A DNA stretch of 63,180 bases, filler included. It is 9 parts of 9 records of this genome, joined end to end, with 100 filler letters (N's around TTAATTAATTAA, not from the genome) between each part and the next. Parts side by side here need not be neighbours in the genome. Positions count along the whole stretch, not along the records: positions 6,521 to 14,088 come from SRR31156797_114305; positions 14,189 to 19,257 come from SRR31156797_114718; positions 19,358 to 24,790 come from SRR31156797_115190; 6 more parts are not named here. One strand, given 5' to 3'. Both the position numbers and the translations under genes were made by a program. Below, piece by piece: positions 9,633 to 20,406 of the stretch (its first letter is position 1; the number at the start of each line of letters is the position of its first letter). Under the pieces are notes generated by a model, which did not search any database, was not told where the DNA came from, and saw nothing but the letters and a program-made list of their open reading frames with translations.

Positions 9633-10869
9633 CTTTGCTCTCCTTGCTTTGTTTGCCGCCGCCCGGTTCCGGCCGGTTCCATGCCAGCAGCCCGAACAGG
9701 ACCAAGGCGCTGGCGGCCAGGCCCGTCATCATCAATCCCAGCGGCCATTGCGCCCCGTGCGGCAACAGGCCGGCCAGTTGCGCTGCCGCCGCGGCGATGG
9801 CCATTTGGAAAAAGCCCAACAACGCCGAAGCCGCTCCGGCCATGCGCGGGAACGGTGCCAGGGCGCCGCCCATGGCGTTGGGCATGACGATGCCCATGCC
9901 CCACAGAAATATAATCAGCGATACGGTGATCAAGTAGATGCTGAAAAACCCGGCAAGGCCGGTGCCCAGCATGACACCGGCGCCGGCGAGGGAAATCAGG
10001 GTTCCGGTCAGGACCATGCGACCGGTTCCCAGCCGCGTCGTCAGGAATCCGGCGCTCAGGTTGCCGCCGAGCGTGCCGAGTGCCGAGATGGCCGCCAGCA
10101 AGCCGAAATGGTGAGGCGGGAAACCGAGCGAATCGATGATCAGGAACGGTGCCAGGGCGACGAACGACATCAGGCCGGAAAAGACCAGCGACATTGCCAG
10201 CATGTAGCCGAGAAAAACCGGTGTGCGCAGTACTTGGCCGTAATTCCGCAGCATTTCCCTCGGATTGAGGGCCGAATGGTCCGGATGCCGGTTGGTTTCG
10301 CCGAGCATGACCCAGGCCAGGACCAGCAGGACCGAAGCGACCAGGGTTAGGAATATGAAGCTCGATTGCCAACCGAACCATTCTTGAAGGTAACCGCCGA
10401 TGATCGGCGATACCGCCGGCGACAGGGAAAAGGCGATGCCGATGAAGGCGAAGGCCTTGGCCGCCCGTTTCGGCCCGTAGACGTCGCGGACCACGGCCCG
10501 GCCGATGACGGCGCCGGCGCAGGCGCCGATGGATTGGACGAAGCGCCAGAACATCAGCGAGAAGATCGAGCCGGCCAGGGCGCATCCGATGCTGGCCGCG
10601 ATGAACAGCAGCATGCCGCCGATCAGCACCGGGCGCCGGCCGAAGCGGTCCGACAGCGGCCCGAAAACCAGTTGCGAGACGGCGAATCCGGCCAGGAAGA
10701 CGGTGAAGGTCAGGGTCACCTGTTCCTTGGCCGTGGCGAAGGCATCGACCAGCGACGGCATCGACGGGATATAGATCGAGGTGGCGATCTGCCCCAACGC
10801 AATCAGCGCCGTCAGAAGGGCGCCGATGATCAAGGTTTCCGGGTGCGGTTTTCCTGGGGGCCAAGCCAT
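9616..10869 (-). CDS. Bcr/CflA family multidrug efflux MFS transporter
   Basis: IYIPSMP, GPLSDRFGRRPVL (MFS motif A), RAVVRDVY, about 12 hydrophobic segments. Confidence 0.9.
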   Translation of the reverse strand: MAWPPGKPHPETLIIGALLTALIALGQIATSIYIPSMPSLVDAFATAKEQVTLTFTVFLAGFAVSQLVFGPLSDRFGRRPVLIGGMLLFIAASIGCALAGSIFSLMFWRFVQSIGACAGAVIGRAVVRDVYGPKRAAKAFAFIGIAFSLSPAVSPIIGGYLQEWFGWQSSFIFLTLVASVLLVLAWVMLGETNRHPDHSALNPREMLRNYGQVLRTPVFLGYMLAMSLVFSGLMSFVALAPFLIIDSLGFPPHHFGLLAAISALGTLGGNLSAGFLTTRLGTGRMVLTGTLISLAGAGVMLGTGLAGFFSIYLITVSLIIFLWGMGIVMPNAMGGALAPFPRMAGAASALLGFFQMAIAAAAAQLAGLLPHGAQWPLGLMMTGLAASALVLFGLLAWNRPEPGGGKQSKESKDVTSG

Positions 10870-10900
10870 GGCGCTTTATACGCGCACGCTGCCCCGGCAT

Positions 10901-11989
10901 TCAAACCGCTTGTTCGATCCCGCTTCGTTTTTTCTCGTCATCGAGCAGTTTGGACTTGCGCGATTTCCCCCACCGATAGCCGGTAACGCTGCCATCGGCG
11001 CCGACCGCCCGGTGGCAGGGAACGATCAGCGATACCGGGTTGGTGGCGCAGGCCCGCCCGACCGCCCGGGCGGCGCCGGGTTTGCCGAGGCTTTGCGCAA
11101 TCTCGCCGTAGCTGAGGGTCTGGCCGGCCGGAATCGCCCGCAAGGCCTGCCAGACCTGCCATTGAAAGGCGGTGGCGCGGATATCCAGCGGTAAATCGAT
11201 GCGGGCCAGGCGGCCGCTCAGATGATCGAGCACGGCCTCCAGGCGCCCGGCCAGTCCGGTATCGTCGCGGCGGATCAGTGCCGCCGGCAGATCGCCGCGC
11301 AGTTCGGATTCCAATTGTTTATCGGACTCACCCAGGCCGACGAAACAGACGCCCGCCTGCGTTGCCGCGACGATCAGGCGCCCGAGCGGCGAATCGGCGC
11401 ATGCAAACGCAACCTCGGCGCCGGCGCCGCCCCGGGCATAGGTGGCCGGCGTCATGCCGAAGCGGGCTTGGCCGTCCTCGTAGATCCGGCTGGGCGAACC
11501 GTAGCCGGCCCCGTAAAGGGCCGAGGCCACCGATTCGCCGTTGCGCAGTTCCTGCCGGAACCGGCTTTGACGCAGGGCCTCGGCGTATTTGCGCGGCGAC
11601 AGGCCGGTCGCCTTCTTGAACAGCCTTTGCAGGTGATGCGGGCTGATCTGCGCGATTTTCGACAGATCGGCCAGGGTCGGAATGCCGTCTTCGGCTTTCC
11701 CGATGGCATCGATCACCTTGGATATGGCGTCGGGCGGCGGCTCGGCGGTTGCCGGTCCTTCCGGTTTGCAGCGCTTACACGGCCTGAAGCCGGCAACGCG
11801 GGCGGCACCGGCATCGGCGAAAAAGCGGACGTTTTCGCGGTTCGGCCGGCGCGACGGACACGTCGGCCGACAAAACACGCCGGTGGTGCCGACGGCATAG
11901 ACGAAACGGCCGTCATAAGCGGCATCGCGGGCCAGAACGGCGGTCCACAGGTCGGTTTCGTCGGGCATGGGAGACGTTGTTTTGGCCAT
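10901..11989 (-). CDS. ada: Bifunctional transcriptional regulator / O6-methylguanine-DNA methyltransferase Ada
   Basis: Zn-binding GVFCRPTC and RPCKRC, AraC-type HTH (SPHHLQRLFK), C-terminal PCHR active site. Confidence 0.95.
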   Translation of the reverse strand: MAKTTSPMPDETDLWTAVLARDAAYDGRFVYAVGTTGVFCRPTCPSRRPNRENVRFFADAGAARVAGFRPCKRCKPEGPATAEPPPDAISKVIDAIGKAEDGIPTLADLSKIAQISPHHLQRLFKKATGLSPRKYAEALRQSRFRQELRNGESVASALYGAGYGSPSRIYEDGQARFGMTPATYARGGAGAEVAFACADSPLGRLIVAATQAGVCFVGLGESDKQLESELRGDLPAALIRRDDTGLAGRLEAVLDHLSGRLARIDLPLDIRATAFQWQVWQALRAIPAGQTLSYGEIAQSLGKPGAARAVGRACATNPVSLIVPCHRAVGADGSVTGYRWGKSRKSKLLDDEKKRSGIEQAV

Positions 11990-12061
11990 GGCGACAGTCT
12001 AGCCATTGAGCCGATGAATTCTATCCGAAGCTTGCGGGCGAATTCGACGAATTACCGATGA

Positions 12062-12799
12062 TCAGACGAAGCGATGCAGGGATTCGCCATGCACCCGCAG
12101 CCAGGCCCGTGCCCGGTCGGGCTCGGCGGTCAGCTGGCCGACCAGCTTCCAGAATGCAGGCCCGTGGTTTTTTTCGATCAGATGCGCGACTTCGTGGGCG
12201 GCGACATAGTCGAGCACGAATTCCGGTGCCAGGATCAGCCGCCAGCAATACGACAGGTTGCCCTGGGCCGAGCACGATCCCCAGCGTGACCGGGTGTCGC
12301 GGACCGAAACCCGGCCGATGTCGCGTTCGATTTGCACCGCTTTGGCTCGCGATCGCTCGGTCAGTTCCTGTCGGGCCTGTTTCTTGAGCCAGTCGACGAG
12401 GCGCCTTTTCAGATGTTCGGGCCGGCCGCTGACATGGATTTCGCCGCCCTGGCGGGCCACCACGCCGCGCCGGGCCGGGGCATGGCGGATGCGGTGCGGT
12501 TGATCCAGGAAGGGAAGGATCGCGCCGTCGGCCAAAATCACCGGCGGCACCGATTTTTCCAGCCGGTCGAGCAGCCATCCCGCCTGCCGATAGGCGAATT
12601 CCAGCCCCTCGCGAACGGACGTGGCGGCCGGGATCGTCATCACCGCCCCCCGGCCCGAACGGTCCAGGCGCAGGGTCAGGCGCCGGGCCCTGGGATGACG
12701 CCGGACGCGAAGCGGAATTTCCCGCCCATCCAGGTCGAGGACGGTTTCCTCCTCGCTGATGCGGCTTGTTTTGCGGCGTCGGCGCCGAAGCGGGATCAT
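12062..12799 (-). CDS. YgjP/DUF45 (M48/SprT-like) zinc metallopeptidase-domain protein
   Basis: [19 protein letters not shown] (HEXXH), NHGPAFW. ATG 12799 overlaps the upstream TGA (ATGA). Confidence 0.88.
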   Translation of the reverse strand: MIPLRRRRRKTSRISEEETVLDLDGREIPLRVRRHPRARRLTLRLDRSGRGAVMTIPAATSVREGLEFAYRQAGWLLDRLEKSVPPVILADGAILPFLDQPHRIRHAPARRGVVARQGGEIHVSGRPEHLKRRLVDWLKKQARQELTERSRAKAVQIERDIGRVSVRDTRSRWGSCSAQGNLSYCWRLILAPEFVLDYVAAHEVAHLIEKNHGPAFWKLVGQLTAEPDRARAWLRVHGESLHRFV

Positions 12800-13233
12800 T
12801 CCGGCCATGTGACGATGTAATCCTCCAGATCGCCGGCATTTTCCTCGGGCACGACCCGGCCGCGCACCGAAATTCCGGCCCGGTGAACCGTATCGGGATC
12901 GCCGCTGACCAACGGATGCCAATCCGCAAGGTCGCGGCCCTCGGCCACCAGCCTATAGGCGCAGGTGGACGGCATCCATCGCAATTGGCTGACATTTTCC
13001 GGCGTCAAGGCGACGCAGTCGGGGACGAACCGGGTGCGCTCGTCGTAGCGCGTGCATCGGCAGGTGCCGCTGTCGAGAAGCCGGCAGGCGACGCAGGTAT
13101 AGGCGATGTCGCCGGTATCGGCGTCCTCGAGCTTGGCCAAACAGCATTTGGCGCAGCCGTCGCACAGACTTTCCCATTCGGCCCGCGACATTTCCTCGAG
13201 GCGCTTGGCTTTCCAGAAAGGCAGCTGTTTCAT
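12796..13233 (-). CDS. YcgN family cysteine cluster protein (UPF0260)
   Basis: [41 protein letters not shown]. Confidence 0.92.
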   Translation of the reverse strand: MKQLPFWKAKRLEEMSRAEWESLCDGCAKCCLAKLEDADTGDIAYTCVACRLLDSGTCRCTRYDERTRFVPDCVALTPENVSQLRWMPSTCAYRLVAEGRDLADWHPLVSGDPDTVHRAGISVRGRVVPEENAGDLEDYIVTWPE

Positions 13234-13236
13234 CGG

Positions 13237-13848
13237 TCAGATGATTTCCCGGATTTGATCGGCGATGGCTTCGGGCGCGGCGTCATGGGAGAAATGCGTG
13301 CGGTAGCGCCCGTCCGGCCCCATCAGATAGATGATCGACGTGTGGTCCATCAGATAGTCGTCGTCGGTGTCGTCGGCGTCCTCGACGCGGGCGAAAAAGA
13401 CACCGTAGGCCTTGGCCGCCGCCGCCACCTGTTCTTCGGTTCCGGTCAGGCCGATTAGGCGCGGATGGAAGTATCCGACATACATTTTCAGATGTTCGGC
13501 CGTATCGCGGGCCGGATCGATCGTTACGAACAAAGGCACGATGTCGCGTCCCTCGACGCCGAGACGTTCCAGCGCACCGGCCATGACGCTGAGGGCGGTC
13601 GGACAGATATCGGGACAGTAGGTGTAGCCGAAATAGACCAGCAGATACTGGCCGTCGAAGTCGCTGTCGGTGACGGTCCGCCCTTCATGGTCGGTCAGCT
13701 CGAACGGTCCGCCGATCGAGACCGGCTGTTCTTCGCCGCGCCGCGCCAGGGTTTCGGTTTGATGATAAATCAGATAACCGACGGCCGTCGCCAGCACGAT
13801 GGCCGCAAGAATCGACCAGAACGGGATTTTCGGTTTTGCCTGACCCAT
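13237..13848 (-). CDS. SCO family copper chaperone
   Basis: N-terminal TM anchor, IGGPFEL, FGYTYCPDICP (CxxxC), YLMDH. ATG 13848 has a GAGGGG RBS. Confidence 0.93.
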   Translation of the reverse strand: MGQAKPKIPFWSILAAIVLATAVGYLIYHQTETLARRGEEQPVSIGGPFELTDHEGRTVTDSDFDGQYLLVYFGYTYCPDICPTALSVMAGALERLGVEGRDIVPLFVTIDPARDTAEHLKMYVGYFHPRLIGLTGTEEQVAAAAKAYGVFFARVEDADDTDDDYLMDHTSIIYLMGPDGRYRTHFSHDAAPEAIADQIREII

Positions 13849-14009
13849 TCCACCCCTCGTCTCCGTTATTGCCAACGGTACGCCACTTCGGCGGGCCCGG
13901 CCAAGCAACTTTTTCGCTGAAAGCATCTTGCGCCCGGCGTCTTGCTGGCCATACTCGGGTGCGACCGGCATCGGCCGATATTCGTTAAAAAGGAAAAAGA
14001 GAGAAAGCC

Positions 14010-14088
14010 ATGACCAAGGATTTCCCGAAACTGGCGGCGGACCTGACCAAGGCCATCGGCACGTTGCGCAAGGGCATTGCGCCGACCA
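14010..14088 (+). CDS. N-terminus of probable carboxymuconolactone decarboxylase (AhpD-like) family protein, truncated
   Basis: MTKDFPKLAADLTKAIGTLRKGIAPT after a purine-rich RBS. Only 26 codons are visible. Confidence 0.5.
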
Positions 14089-14188
14089 NNNNNNNNNNNN
14101 NNNNNNNNNNNNNNNNNNNNNNNNNNNNNNNNTTAATTAATTAANNNNNNNNNNNNNNNNNNNNNNNNNNNNNNNNNNNNNNNNNNNN
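14089..14188. other. Artificial contig spacer
   Basis: N44-TTAATTAATTAA-N44. Confidence 0.99.
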
Positions 14189-14284
14189 GGTTCGGGGTAT
14201 GGTCCGGAAATAGTCGCCTGGATATCCGCTTTCCCGATGTCTCAACGCACCTGTAACGGCGCGCCTTGTTTCGCGCCCGGGCGC

Positions 14285-15052
14285 TCATCGGCCCGGACGA
14301 GACAACTGCGCCGTCTCCGGGCCCACCGGAACTCCGGTCGGCCTCGCATCCGCGATCTCCAGCACCATCTTGCGGCGGATCGCACCGGCCATGCGTTCGC
14401 GTCCCTCAACCGTCATCATGAAGGCGCCGAAACCGCCGATGACATCGCGCGCGTAATGGTCCGTTAGTGGCCCGCCGTCGGGGCCGGGCCGGGCGCCGCC
14501 CGGCCGGTTGATGACGAGCGCATTGATGGTGATGCCGGCATTCAGCGCGGCGGCGCGAATGATCGGCAGCGGCCGGCCGTTGATCTGCGGGCCGTCGCCC
14601 GATATATCGATGACCTTGCGCCTGCCCTCGATGTCGTTGCTCTCGATCAGGGCCATGGAATGGGCGATGGCCTCGGATATGGAATTGTAGCCATAGGCAA
14701 TCCTCGGCGCCGCCAGCAATTGGGCGGCGAATTTCCGGGCGTCCTCGACTCCGCGGATGATCGTCCAGTCGACGATGGTATGCACGCTGTCGGGCGCCGC
14801 CCATTCGACGAAGGCCAGAGCCATCGCCCGGTGTCGCCCGGAAAGAACGGCGTTGAGCACGGCCTCGCTTTGGATCGCCGCGGCATAGCCTTCGCGCTGG
14901 AAGCGGAATTCGTCCTCGTCGACGGAGCCCGATCCGTCGGCGGCCAGGACCAGTTCCAAATCCACCGGCTCGGCCGATGTCGCCGGCGCCGCGGCCCACA
15001 AGGCGGTTACGGCGGCGACGCAAACAAAATGAACGATGGTGCGAATTGCCAT
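14285..15052 (-). CDS. DUF1194 domain (vWA-like) secreted protein
   Basis: Signal peptide, VDLELVLAADGSGSV (MIDAS-like), QREGYAAA, VIDISGDG, IRRKMVLEIA. GGAGAG RBS precedes ATG 15052. Confidence 0.88.
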   Translation of the reverse strand: MAIRTIVHFVCVAAVTALWAAAPATSAEPVDLELVLAADGSGSVDEDEFRFQREGYAAAIQSEAVLNAVLSGRHRAMALAFVEWAAPDSVHTIVDWTIIRGVEDARKFAAQLLAAPRIAYGYNSISEAIAHSMALIESNDIEGRRKVIDISGDGPQINGRPLPIIRAAALNAGITINALVINRPGGARPGPDGGPLTDHYARDVIGGFGAFMMTVEGRERMAGAIRRKMVLEIADARPTGVPVGPETAQLSRPGR

Positions 15053-15154
15053 GGCGGCTCTCTCCGTCAAAGGCGATTACCACCATATGGGAATGCCGCC
15101 CCGCCTTTGCCCGAACCGATTGACAGCGCCCCCTTGCAACCCGATGCTGACGCC

Positions 15155-15916
15155 ATGAACGCAACCATCGAATCCCTCCAAATCTTTCCGGTCAAGGGCC
15201 TGAGCGGCCAATCGCTCGAGCGCGCGGTTCTCAGCCCCGGCGAACCGCTGCCGAATGACCGCCGCTTCGCGCTGGCTTTGGCCGGGGCGCCGTTCGATCC
15301 CATGAAACCGGAATGGCTGCCGAAACAGAACTTCCTGATGCTGATGCGCGACGAACGCCTGGCCATGTTGGAAACCGCCTTCGACGGCGATACCGGTTTT
15401 CTCGAAATCCGCCGCGGCGGCAAAATCGTCAAGCGGGCCGACATCACCAAACCGATCGGGCGGGCCTTGATCGAGGATTTCTTCGCCGCCTTCATGAAGA
15501 CCGAAGCACGCGGCAAACCGAAGCTGGTCGGGGCGAAAGGTCACATGTTTTCGGACTCACGCTCGAAGGTACTGTCGTTCATCAATTTGGCATCCGTCGC
15601 CGATCTCGAACGCATCACCGGCAAGCCGGTCGATCCGGCGCGCTTTCGCGGCAACGTCCATATCGCCGGGCTCGAACCCTGGGTCGAATTCGACTGGCTG
15701 GAAAAGGGCCTGGCCGTCAACGATGCCCGCCTGCGCGTGACCAAGCGCATCCAGCGTTGCGCCGCCACCGACGTCAATCCGGAAACCGCGATGCGTGATC
15801 TCAACATCCCGAAGGCGCTGATGCGCGGCTACGGCCACGCCGACCTCGGGGTCTATGCGCATGTGGAAACCGGCGGCGAGATCGCCGCCGGTGATGGCAT
15901 TGAACTGATCGACTAG
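15155..15916 (+). CDS. MOSC domain protein
   Basis: FPVKGLSG, DRRFAL, INLASV, RFRGN, RCAAT. ATG 15155 is in frame with ORF 14660-15916. Confidence 0.9.
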   Translation: MNATIESLQIFPVKGLSGQSLERAVLSPGEPLPNDRRFALALAGAPFDPMKPEWLPKQNFLMLMRDERLAMLETAFDGDTGFLEIRRGGKIVKRADITKPIGRALIEDFFAAFMKTEARGKPKLVGAKGHMFSDSRSKVLSFINLASVADLERITGKPVDPARFRGNVHIAGLEPWVEFDWLEKGLAVNDARLRVTKRIQRCAATDVNPETAMRDLNIPKALMRGYGHADLGVYAHVETGGEIAAGDGIELID

Positions 15917-15939
15917 AGCAAGACGCCCCTGGACGGGCC

Positions 15940-16821
15940 TTACGAGTTCCCGGTCGCGTTGTCGGCCGGATCCGCCGTCAGCTTGCGGGAACGCCGCCGG
16001 ATCGTCTTGGCCGGGCCTTCGGTTACGGCGCCTGCATCGTTTGAGCCCTCGGCGGCGGTTTGCTGCGGCCGGCGGCGCGGCGAGCGCTTCGGGCCGATGC
16101 CCAACGGCGAACGCCGGCGCCGCTTTTGCGTCGGTTCACCGGTTTCGGAATCGGATGCCGGCGCGGCAACGGCCTCGACGGCTTCAGCCGCGTCGGTCGC
16201 CGGTGTTATCTCGTCGGTATCCGTATCGGCCTTGGCCAACGCATGGGCCAGTTCCTCGGCCTGGGATCCGGATCGCCGTGCGCCGCGCCCGGTGGCGCCG
16301 CGGCCGCCTGATTGGGCATTCGCCGGCTGGGCCTCGGCCACAGGAGCCGGTACGGCGGCGGCCTCGGACCCGGCATCGACGATCGGAACGTCGATGACCT
16401 TCGGTTGGCCATGCTGCCTGTTGCCGGCATTGCCTGCCGCCTGGTCGGTCGGCTTGGCCGAGTTCGCAGAACCGCCCTCGGCTCCGTCACCGTTCTCAAG
16501 CACGATCTTGCCGGCGTTCTGGTCCGGTGGCGGCGGAATGCGGTTGTCGCGTTCGGGCTGACGGTTGACGGCGTTGCCGTTGGCCGCCGAAACGACGCGA
16601 TAATAATGGTCGGCGTACTGGAAATATCCTTCGGCAGTGATGCGATCGCCCGAAACCCAGGCGTCGCGGGCAAGCGACATGTACTTGTCGCAAACCTGCT
16701 GGGCGGTGCCGCGGATTTTTACGTCCGGACCATTGCTTTCAATATTGTTGGTTTTCCCGGAGGAAAAGCGTTTTCCATTGCCGCGAGGGCGTCCCCGTCT
16801 GGGACCTGTCGTGTGCTTCAT
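15940..16821 (-). CDS. DUF4167 domain protein with long disordered tail
   Basis: ESNGPDVKIRGTAQQVCDKYMSLARDA...AEGYFQYADHYYR. Usual position downstream of prmC in Alphaproteobacteria. Confidence 0.88.
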   Translation of the reverse strand: MKHTTGPRRGRPRGNGKRFSSGKTNNIESNGPDVKIRGTAQQVCDKYMSLARDAWVSGDRITAEGYFQYADHYYRVVSAANGNAVNRQPERDNRIPPPPDQNAGKIVLENGDGAEGGSANSAKPTDQAAGNAGNRQHGQPKVIDVPIVDAGSEAAAVPAPVAEAQPANAQSGGRGATGRGARRSGSQAEELAHALAKADTDTDEITPATDAAEAVEAVAAPASDSETGEPTQKRRRRSPLGIGPKRSPRRRPQQTAAEGSNDAGAVTEGPAKTIRRRSRKLTADPADNATGNS

Positions 16822-17028
16822 GACACCCGTGGTGTTTGCGGCTGCACATTTTTATCCCGACTCACGCGCGACCCGTGCAGCCTGCCCGGCCGTCCGCCGA
16901 AAACATCTCGGCATCTGCGTGTTGGGAATGGGGTCCGTAAGCGCTCCTTGGCGCGAACCCCTGCGGCCCTCACGGCCGCCTCGGGGCCAAAACTAGTCGG
17001 GTTTGCGATGTATTCCAACCCTTTTTTT

Positions 17029-17901
17029 TCAACAACCTACCGGTGCCTTGCGGCGCATCGCCAAACAACGAACGACACCGGCCAGATCGCGATTCTCTCC
17101 GAATATCTCGAATCCGCCATCGGCCATGATCCCGGCCACCTGCGAAGCCTGTCCAAAACCGATTTCCAGGAAGGCGCCGCCGCCGGGGGCCAGGAACGGA
17201 CCGATCGCCTGCGACAGAGCCCGATAGGCATCGAGCCCGTCGGCCCCGCCGCTAAGCGCAAGTCGCGGTTCGAATTGACGAACGTCGGGTTCGAGTCCGT
17301 CGACGTCTGCGTCCGGCACATAAGGCGGATTGCTGATAACGACGTCGAAGGTCCCGGCGATGCCGTCGCCCCAGTCCGCACAGGCGAATTCGGCGCGCTT
17401 CCCGCATCCCAGGCGCCGGGCGTTGTCACCGGCAACCCACAGTGCCGCCGGATCGATGTCGACACCGACCCCGGTCGCCCGCGGCCATTCGGTCAAAAGC
17501 GAAATCAGCAGGCAGCCGGTTCCGCACCCCAGATCCAGGATGCGCAGCGGCCGGTCCTTTTGCCCGGCCCAATCCAAGGCGGCGGCAACCAGCGTTTCGC
17601 TGTCGGGCCGGGGAATCAGGGTGTCGGGCGTAACCCGGAAGGAAAGGCTCCAGAATTCGCGAATCCCCAGGATCTGGGCCAGGGGTTCGTGGCGTTCGCG
17701 GCGGCCGACAAGTTGACCGATGCGTTCGACCGTGTCGGCGCTGGCCGGATCCCGCGACCGCGACAGCAACGCCGCCGCATCGAGCCCGGCAACCTCGCCG
17801 ACCAGAACCCGGGCGTCGAGCCTAGCACCGTCGATGCCGGCAGATTTGAGCCGGCGCGCCGCCTGATCGACCAACTCGCCGTATGTCGGTTCCGGCTTCA
17901 C
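17029..17901 (-). CDS. prmC: Release factor glutamine methyltransferase
   Basis: [21 protein letters not shown]. Overlaps the prfA stop. Confidence 0.96.
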   Translation of the reverse strand: MKPEPTYGELVDQAARRLKSAGIDGARLDARVLVGEVAGLDAAALLSRSRDPASADTVERIGQLVGRRERHEPLAQILGIREFWSLSFRVTPDTLIPRPDSETLVAAALDWAGQKDRPLRILDLGCGTGCLLISLLTEWPRATGVGVDIDPAALWVAGDNARRLGCGKRAEFACADWGDGIAGTFDVVISNPPYVPDADVDGLEPDVRQFEPRLALSGGADGLDAYRALSQAIGPFLAPGGGAFLEIGFGQASQVAGIMADGGFEIFGENRDLAGVVRCLAMRRKAPVGC

Positions 17902-18971
17902 CCCACCTCGGCCAGGCGGGCCGCCTGATCTTCGGCGGTCAGGGCATCGACGATCTCGTCCAACTCGCCGTCCATGACCCGGTCCAGCTTGTGCAGGGTC
18001 AGGTTGATGCGATGATCGGTGACCCGGCCTTGCGGAAAATTGTAGGTCCGGATCCGTTCCGACCGGTCGCCGGATCCGACCTGCGTGCGCCGGGCCGCCG
18101 ACCGTTCGGCATCGACGATGCTGCGTTCGTGTTCGTACAGCCGTGCGCGCAACACCCGCATCGCCTTCGCCTTGTTCTTGTGCTGCGATTTCTCGTCCTG
18201 CTGCGACACGACGATTCCGGTCGGAAGATGGGTAATGCGAACCGCGCTGTCGGTCGTGTTCACCGACTGCCCGCCCGGACCGCTGGCACGAAAGACGTCG
18301 ATGCGCAGGTCCTTGTCGGCGATTGCGATGTCGACTTCCTCGGCTTCCGGCAACACCGCCACCGTCGCCGCCGAGGTGTGGATGCGACCGCCCGATTCGG
18401 TCTCCGGCACCCGCTGAACTCGATGGACGCCGGATTCGAACTTCAGCCGCGCAAACACATCGCGCCCGGTAACCGAAACGACGGCTTCCTTGTAACCGCC
18501 GATTCCGGTTTCGTTCAGATGCATCAATTCGAACTTCCAGCCGCGCACCTCGGCATAGCGCTGATACATGCGGAACAGGCTGGACGCGAACAGGGCCGCT
18601 TCCTCTCCGCCGGTTCCGGCCCTAAGCTCGAGAATGGCGTTTTTGGCGTCGGCCTCGTCCTTCGGAAGAAGCAGGAGCTTCAGCTTCATCTCCAGTTCCG
18701 GCAGCCGGTCCCGGATGTCGGCGCTTTCGGCTTCGGCCAGTTCGCGCATGTCCCCATCGGTGTCGGGATCGTCGCGCATGGCCTCGAGATCGGCCAGTTC
18801 GTCCCGCATGCCGCGAAGCTCGTTGATGCACTCAACGACCGGCGTCAGGTCCGAATATTCCTTCGATATGCGGGCAAAATCGTTGGACCCCGCCGTTTCG
18901 GGATTGGCCAGGAAATGCCCCAGTTCCTCGAAACGGGCGACCACACGATCCAGATTGTCTTCGAGACTCAC
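17898..18971 (-). CDS. prfA: Peptide chain release factor 1
   Basis: [18 protein letters not shown] (PxT), [22 protein letters not shown]. Confidence 0.98.
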   Translation of the reverse strand: MSLEDNLDRVVARFEELGHFLANPETAGSNDFARISKEYSDLTPVVECINELRGMRDELADLEAMRDDPDTDGDMRELAEAESADIRDRLPELEMKLKLLLLPKDEADAKNAILELRAGTGGEEAALFASSLFRMYQRYAEVRGWKFELMHLNETGIGGYKEAVVSVTGRDVFARLKFESGVHRVQRVPETESGGRIHTSAATVAVLPEAEEVDIAIADKDLRIDVFRASGPGGQSVNTTDSAVRITHLPTGIVVSQQDEKSQHKNKAKAMRVLRARLYEHERSIVDAERSAARRTQVGSGDRSERIRTYNFPQGRVTDHRINLTLHKLDRVMDGELDEIVDALTAEDQAARLAEVG

Positions 18972-18977
18972 GTCAAA

Positions 18978-19257
18978 TCATCCTTTCGATTCATCGTCGG
19001 TCGACGGATCGGCACCGCCCTCTCCATCCATGACGCCAACACCGAACAGGCGGTTCAGCAAACGTTCCGCCGCGTCCAGGTCGATCGGTTCGGACGGGTC
19101 CGAACCACCCTGCCCGGTCTGCGACCGGCCGGCAATTTCGCGGATGGCCCGCGACGGGCCGTGCAAAAGCCGGTTGACCAAAAGCCGCGTTGCCCGCTCG
19201 GCATCGTCGCCGGCGTCGATCAGAACCTGATCGCGGACTTCCTGGAAATGGAAACGA
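18978..19257 (-). CDS. hemA: Glutamyl-tRNA reductase C-terminal dimerisation region (5' truncated)
   Basis: Open frame from the contig edge: RFHFQEVRDQVL...ERATRLLVNRLLHGPSRAIR...LNRLFG. Lies immediately upstream of prfA-prmC. Confidence 0.7.
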
Positions 19258-19357
19258 NNNNNNNNNNNNNNNNNNNNNNNNNNNNNNNNNNNNNNNNNNN
19301 NTTAATTAATTAANNNNNNNNNNNNNNNNNNNNNNNNNNNNNNNNNNNNNNNNNNNN
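19258..19357. other. Artificial contig spacer
   Basis: N44-TTAATTAATTAA-N44. Confidence 0.99.
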
Positions 19358-19385
19358 TCCATCAAATGACGGGACCGTACATCTA

Positions 19386-20227
19386 GGGTCTGTGGACAAT
19401 TAGGATTTCCATTTACGGAGAAATGTGATTCAACCTTCCTTTTGAGGAGGTTTGCATGCGCCCTGAACGTTTTGTCATCTCGGACCGGAGATGGTCATTG
19501 ATTGAACCGTTGTTGCCGGGCAAGGCGAGCGACCGCGGTGTTACGGCAAAGGACAATCGACTTTTTCTGGAGGCGATTTTGTGGCGCGTGCGGGTTGGTG
19601 CGCCGTGGCGTGATCTGCCCCCTGGCTTTGGTGATTGGAATAGTATCTTCAGGCGGTTTCGCCGCTGGGCCGAGCGCGGGGTGTTTCACAGTATTTTTGA
19701 AGCCCTGTCTGGTGATCCGGACTTTGAGTATGTGCTTGTCGATGGGACGATTGTCAGTGTGCATCAAAAGGCAAGCGGCGCAAAAGGGGGACTCTCAATC
19801 AAGCCATCGGACGCTCGAAAGGCGGATTGACCACCAAGGTTCTGACCTTGGTGGACGCCCTTGGCAATCTGGTCCGCTTCCGTTTTCTGCCAGGTCAACG
19901 AAGTGAAATCGTCGGCGTGGCGTCGTTGATCGAAGGCCTGACTTTTGACGCCTTTCTCGGCGATAAGGCGTTTGACGCCGATCACCTGCGCGATGCATTG
20001 CACGGGCGCGGCGCACAAGTTGTCATTCCCGCCAAACGAAACCGCAAAACGCACATCCCTCACGACGAGGAAGTCTACAAATGGCGGCATCTCGTCGAAA
20101 ACTACTTCAGCAAAATCAAGGAATTCAGAGGCGTTAACACACGATATGACAAAACCGATACCAGCTACGAAGCAACTTGGTGCATCGCCGCTACGGTCAT
20201 CGCGTTAAGGTAATTGTCCACAGACCC
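19386..20227 (+). mobile_element. IS5-family insertion sequence (IS427-like group), complete, 842 bp
   Basis: Perfect 17-bp terminal IRs GGGTCTGTGGACAATTA (19386-19402) and TAATTGTCCACAGACCC (20211-20227). Flanked by TA on both sides within a CTAG target. Confidence 0.93.
19456..20213 (+). CDS. IS5-family transposase, two ORFs joined by a predicted -1 frameshift
   Basis: ORFA (DNRLFLEAILW, GAPWRDLP, VDGTIV) and the -1 frame (QAIGRSKGGLTTK, GDKAFD, YKWRHLVENYFSKIKEFRGVNTRYDK) meet at the slippery run AAAAGGGGG 19782-19790. Confidence 0.92.
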
Positions 20228-20406
20228 TAGTTCGCTTTCACTGTTTCTGTTCACGGTAAGACGATCAACCACACCAAACTCTAACTTAACCACTGCACCG
20301 CCCTCTTGGGAGCAGGACGTAATTCTAAAAGGCCTGGATTTGGAGAGCTTTTGGACTTTCGTTTCCTTTTGCCAAAATGGCCGTTCATGACCCAATACAG
20401 CCCTTG

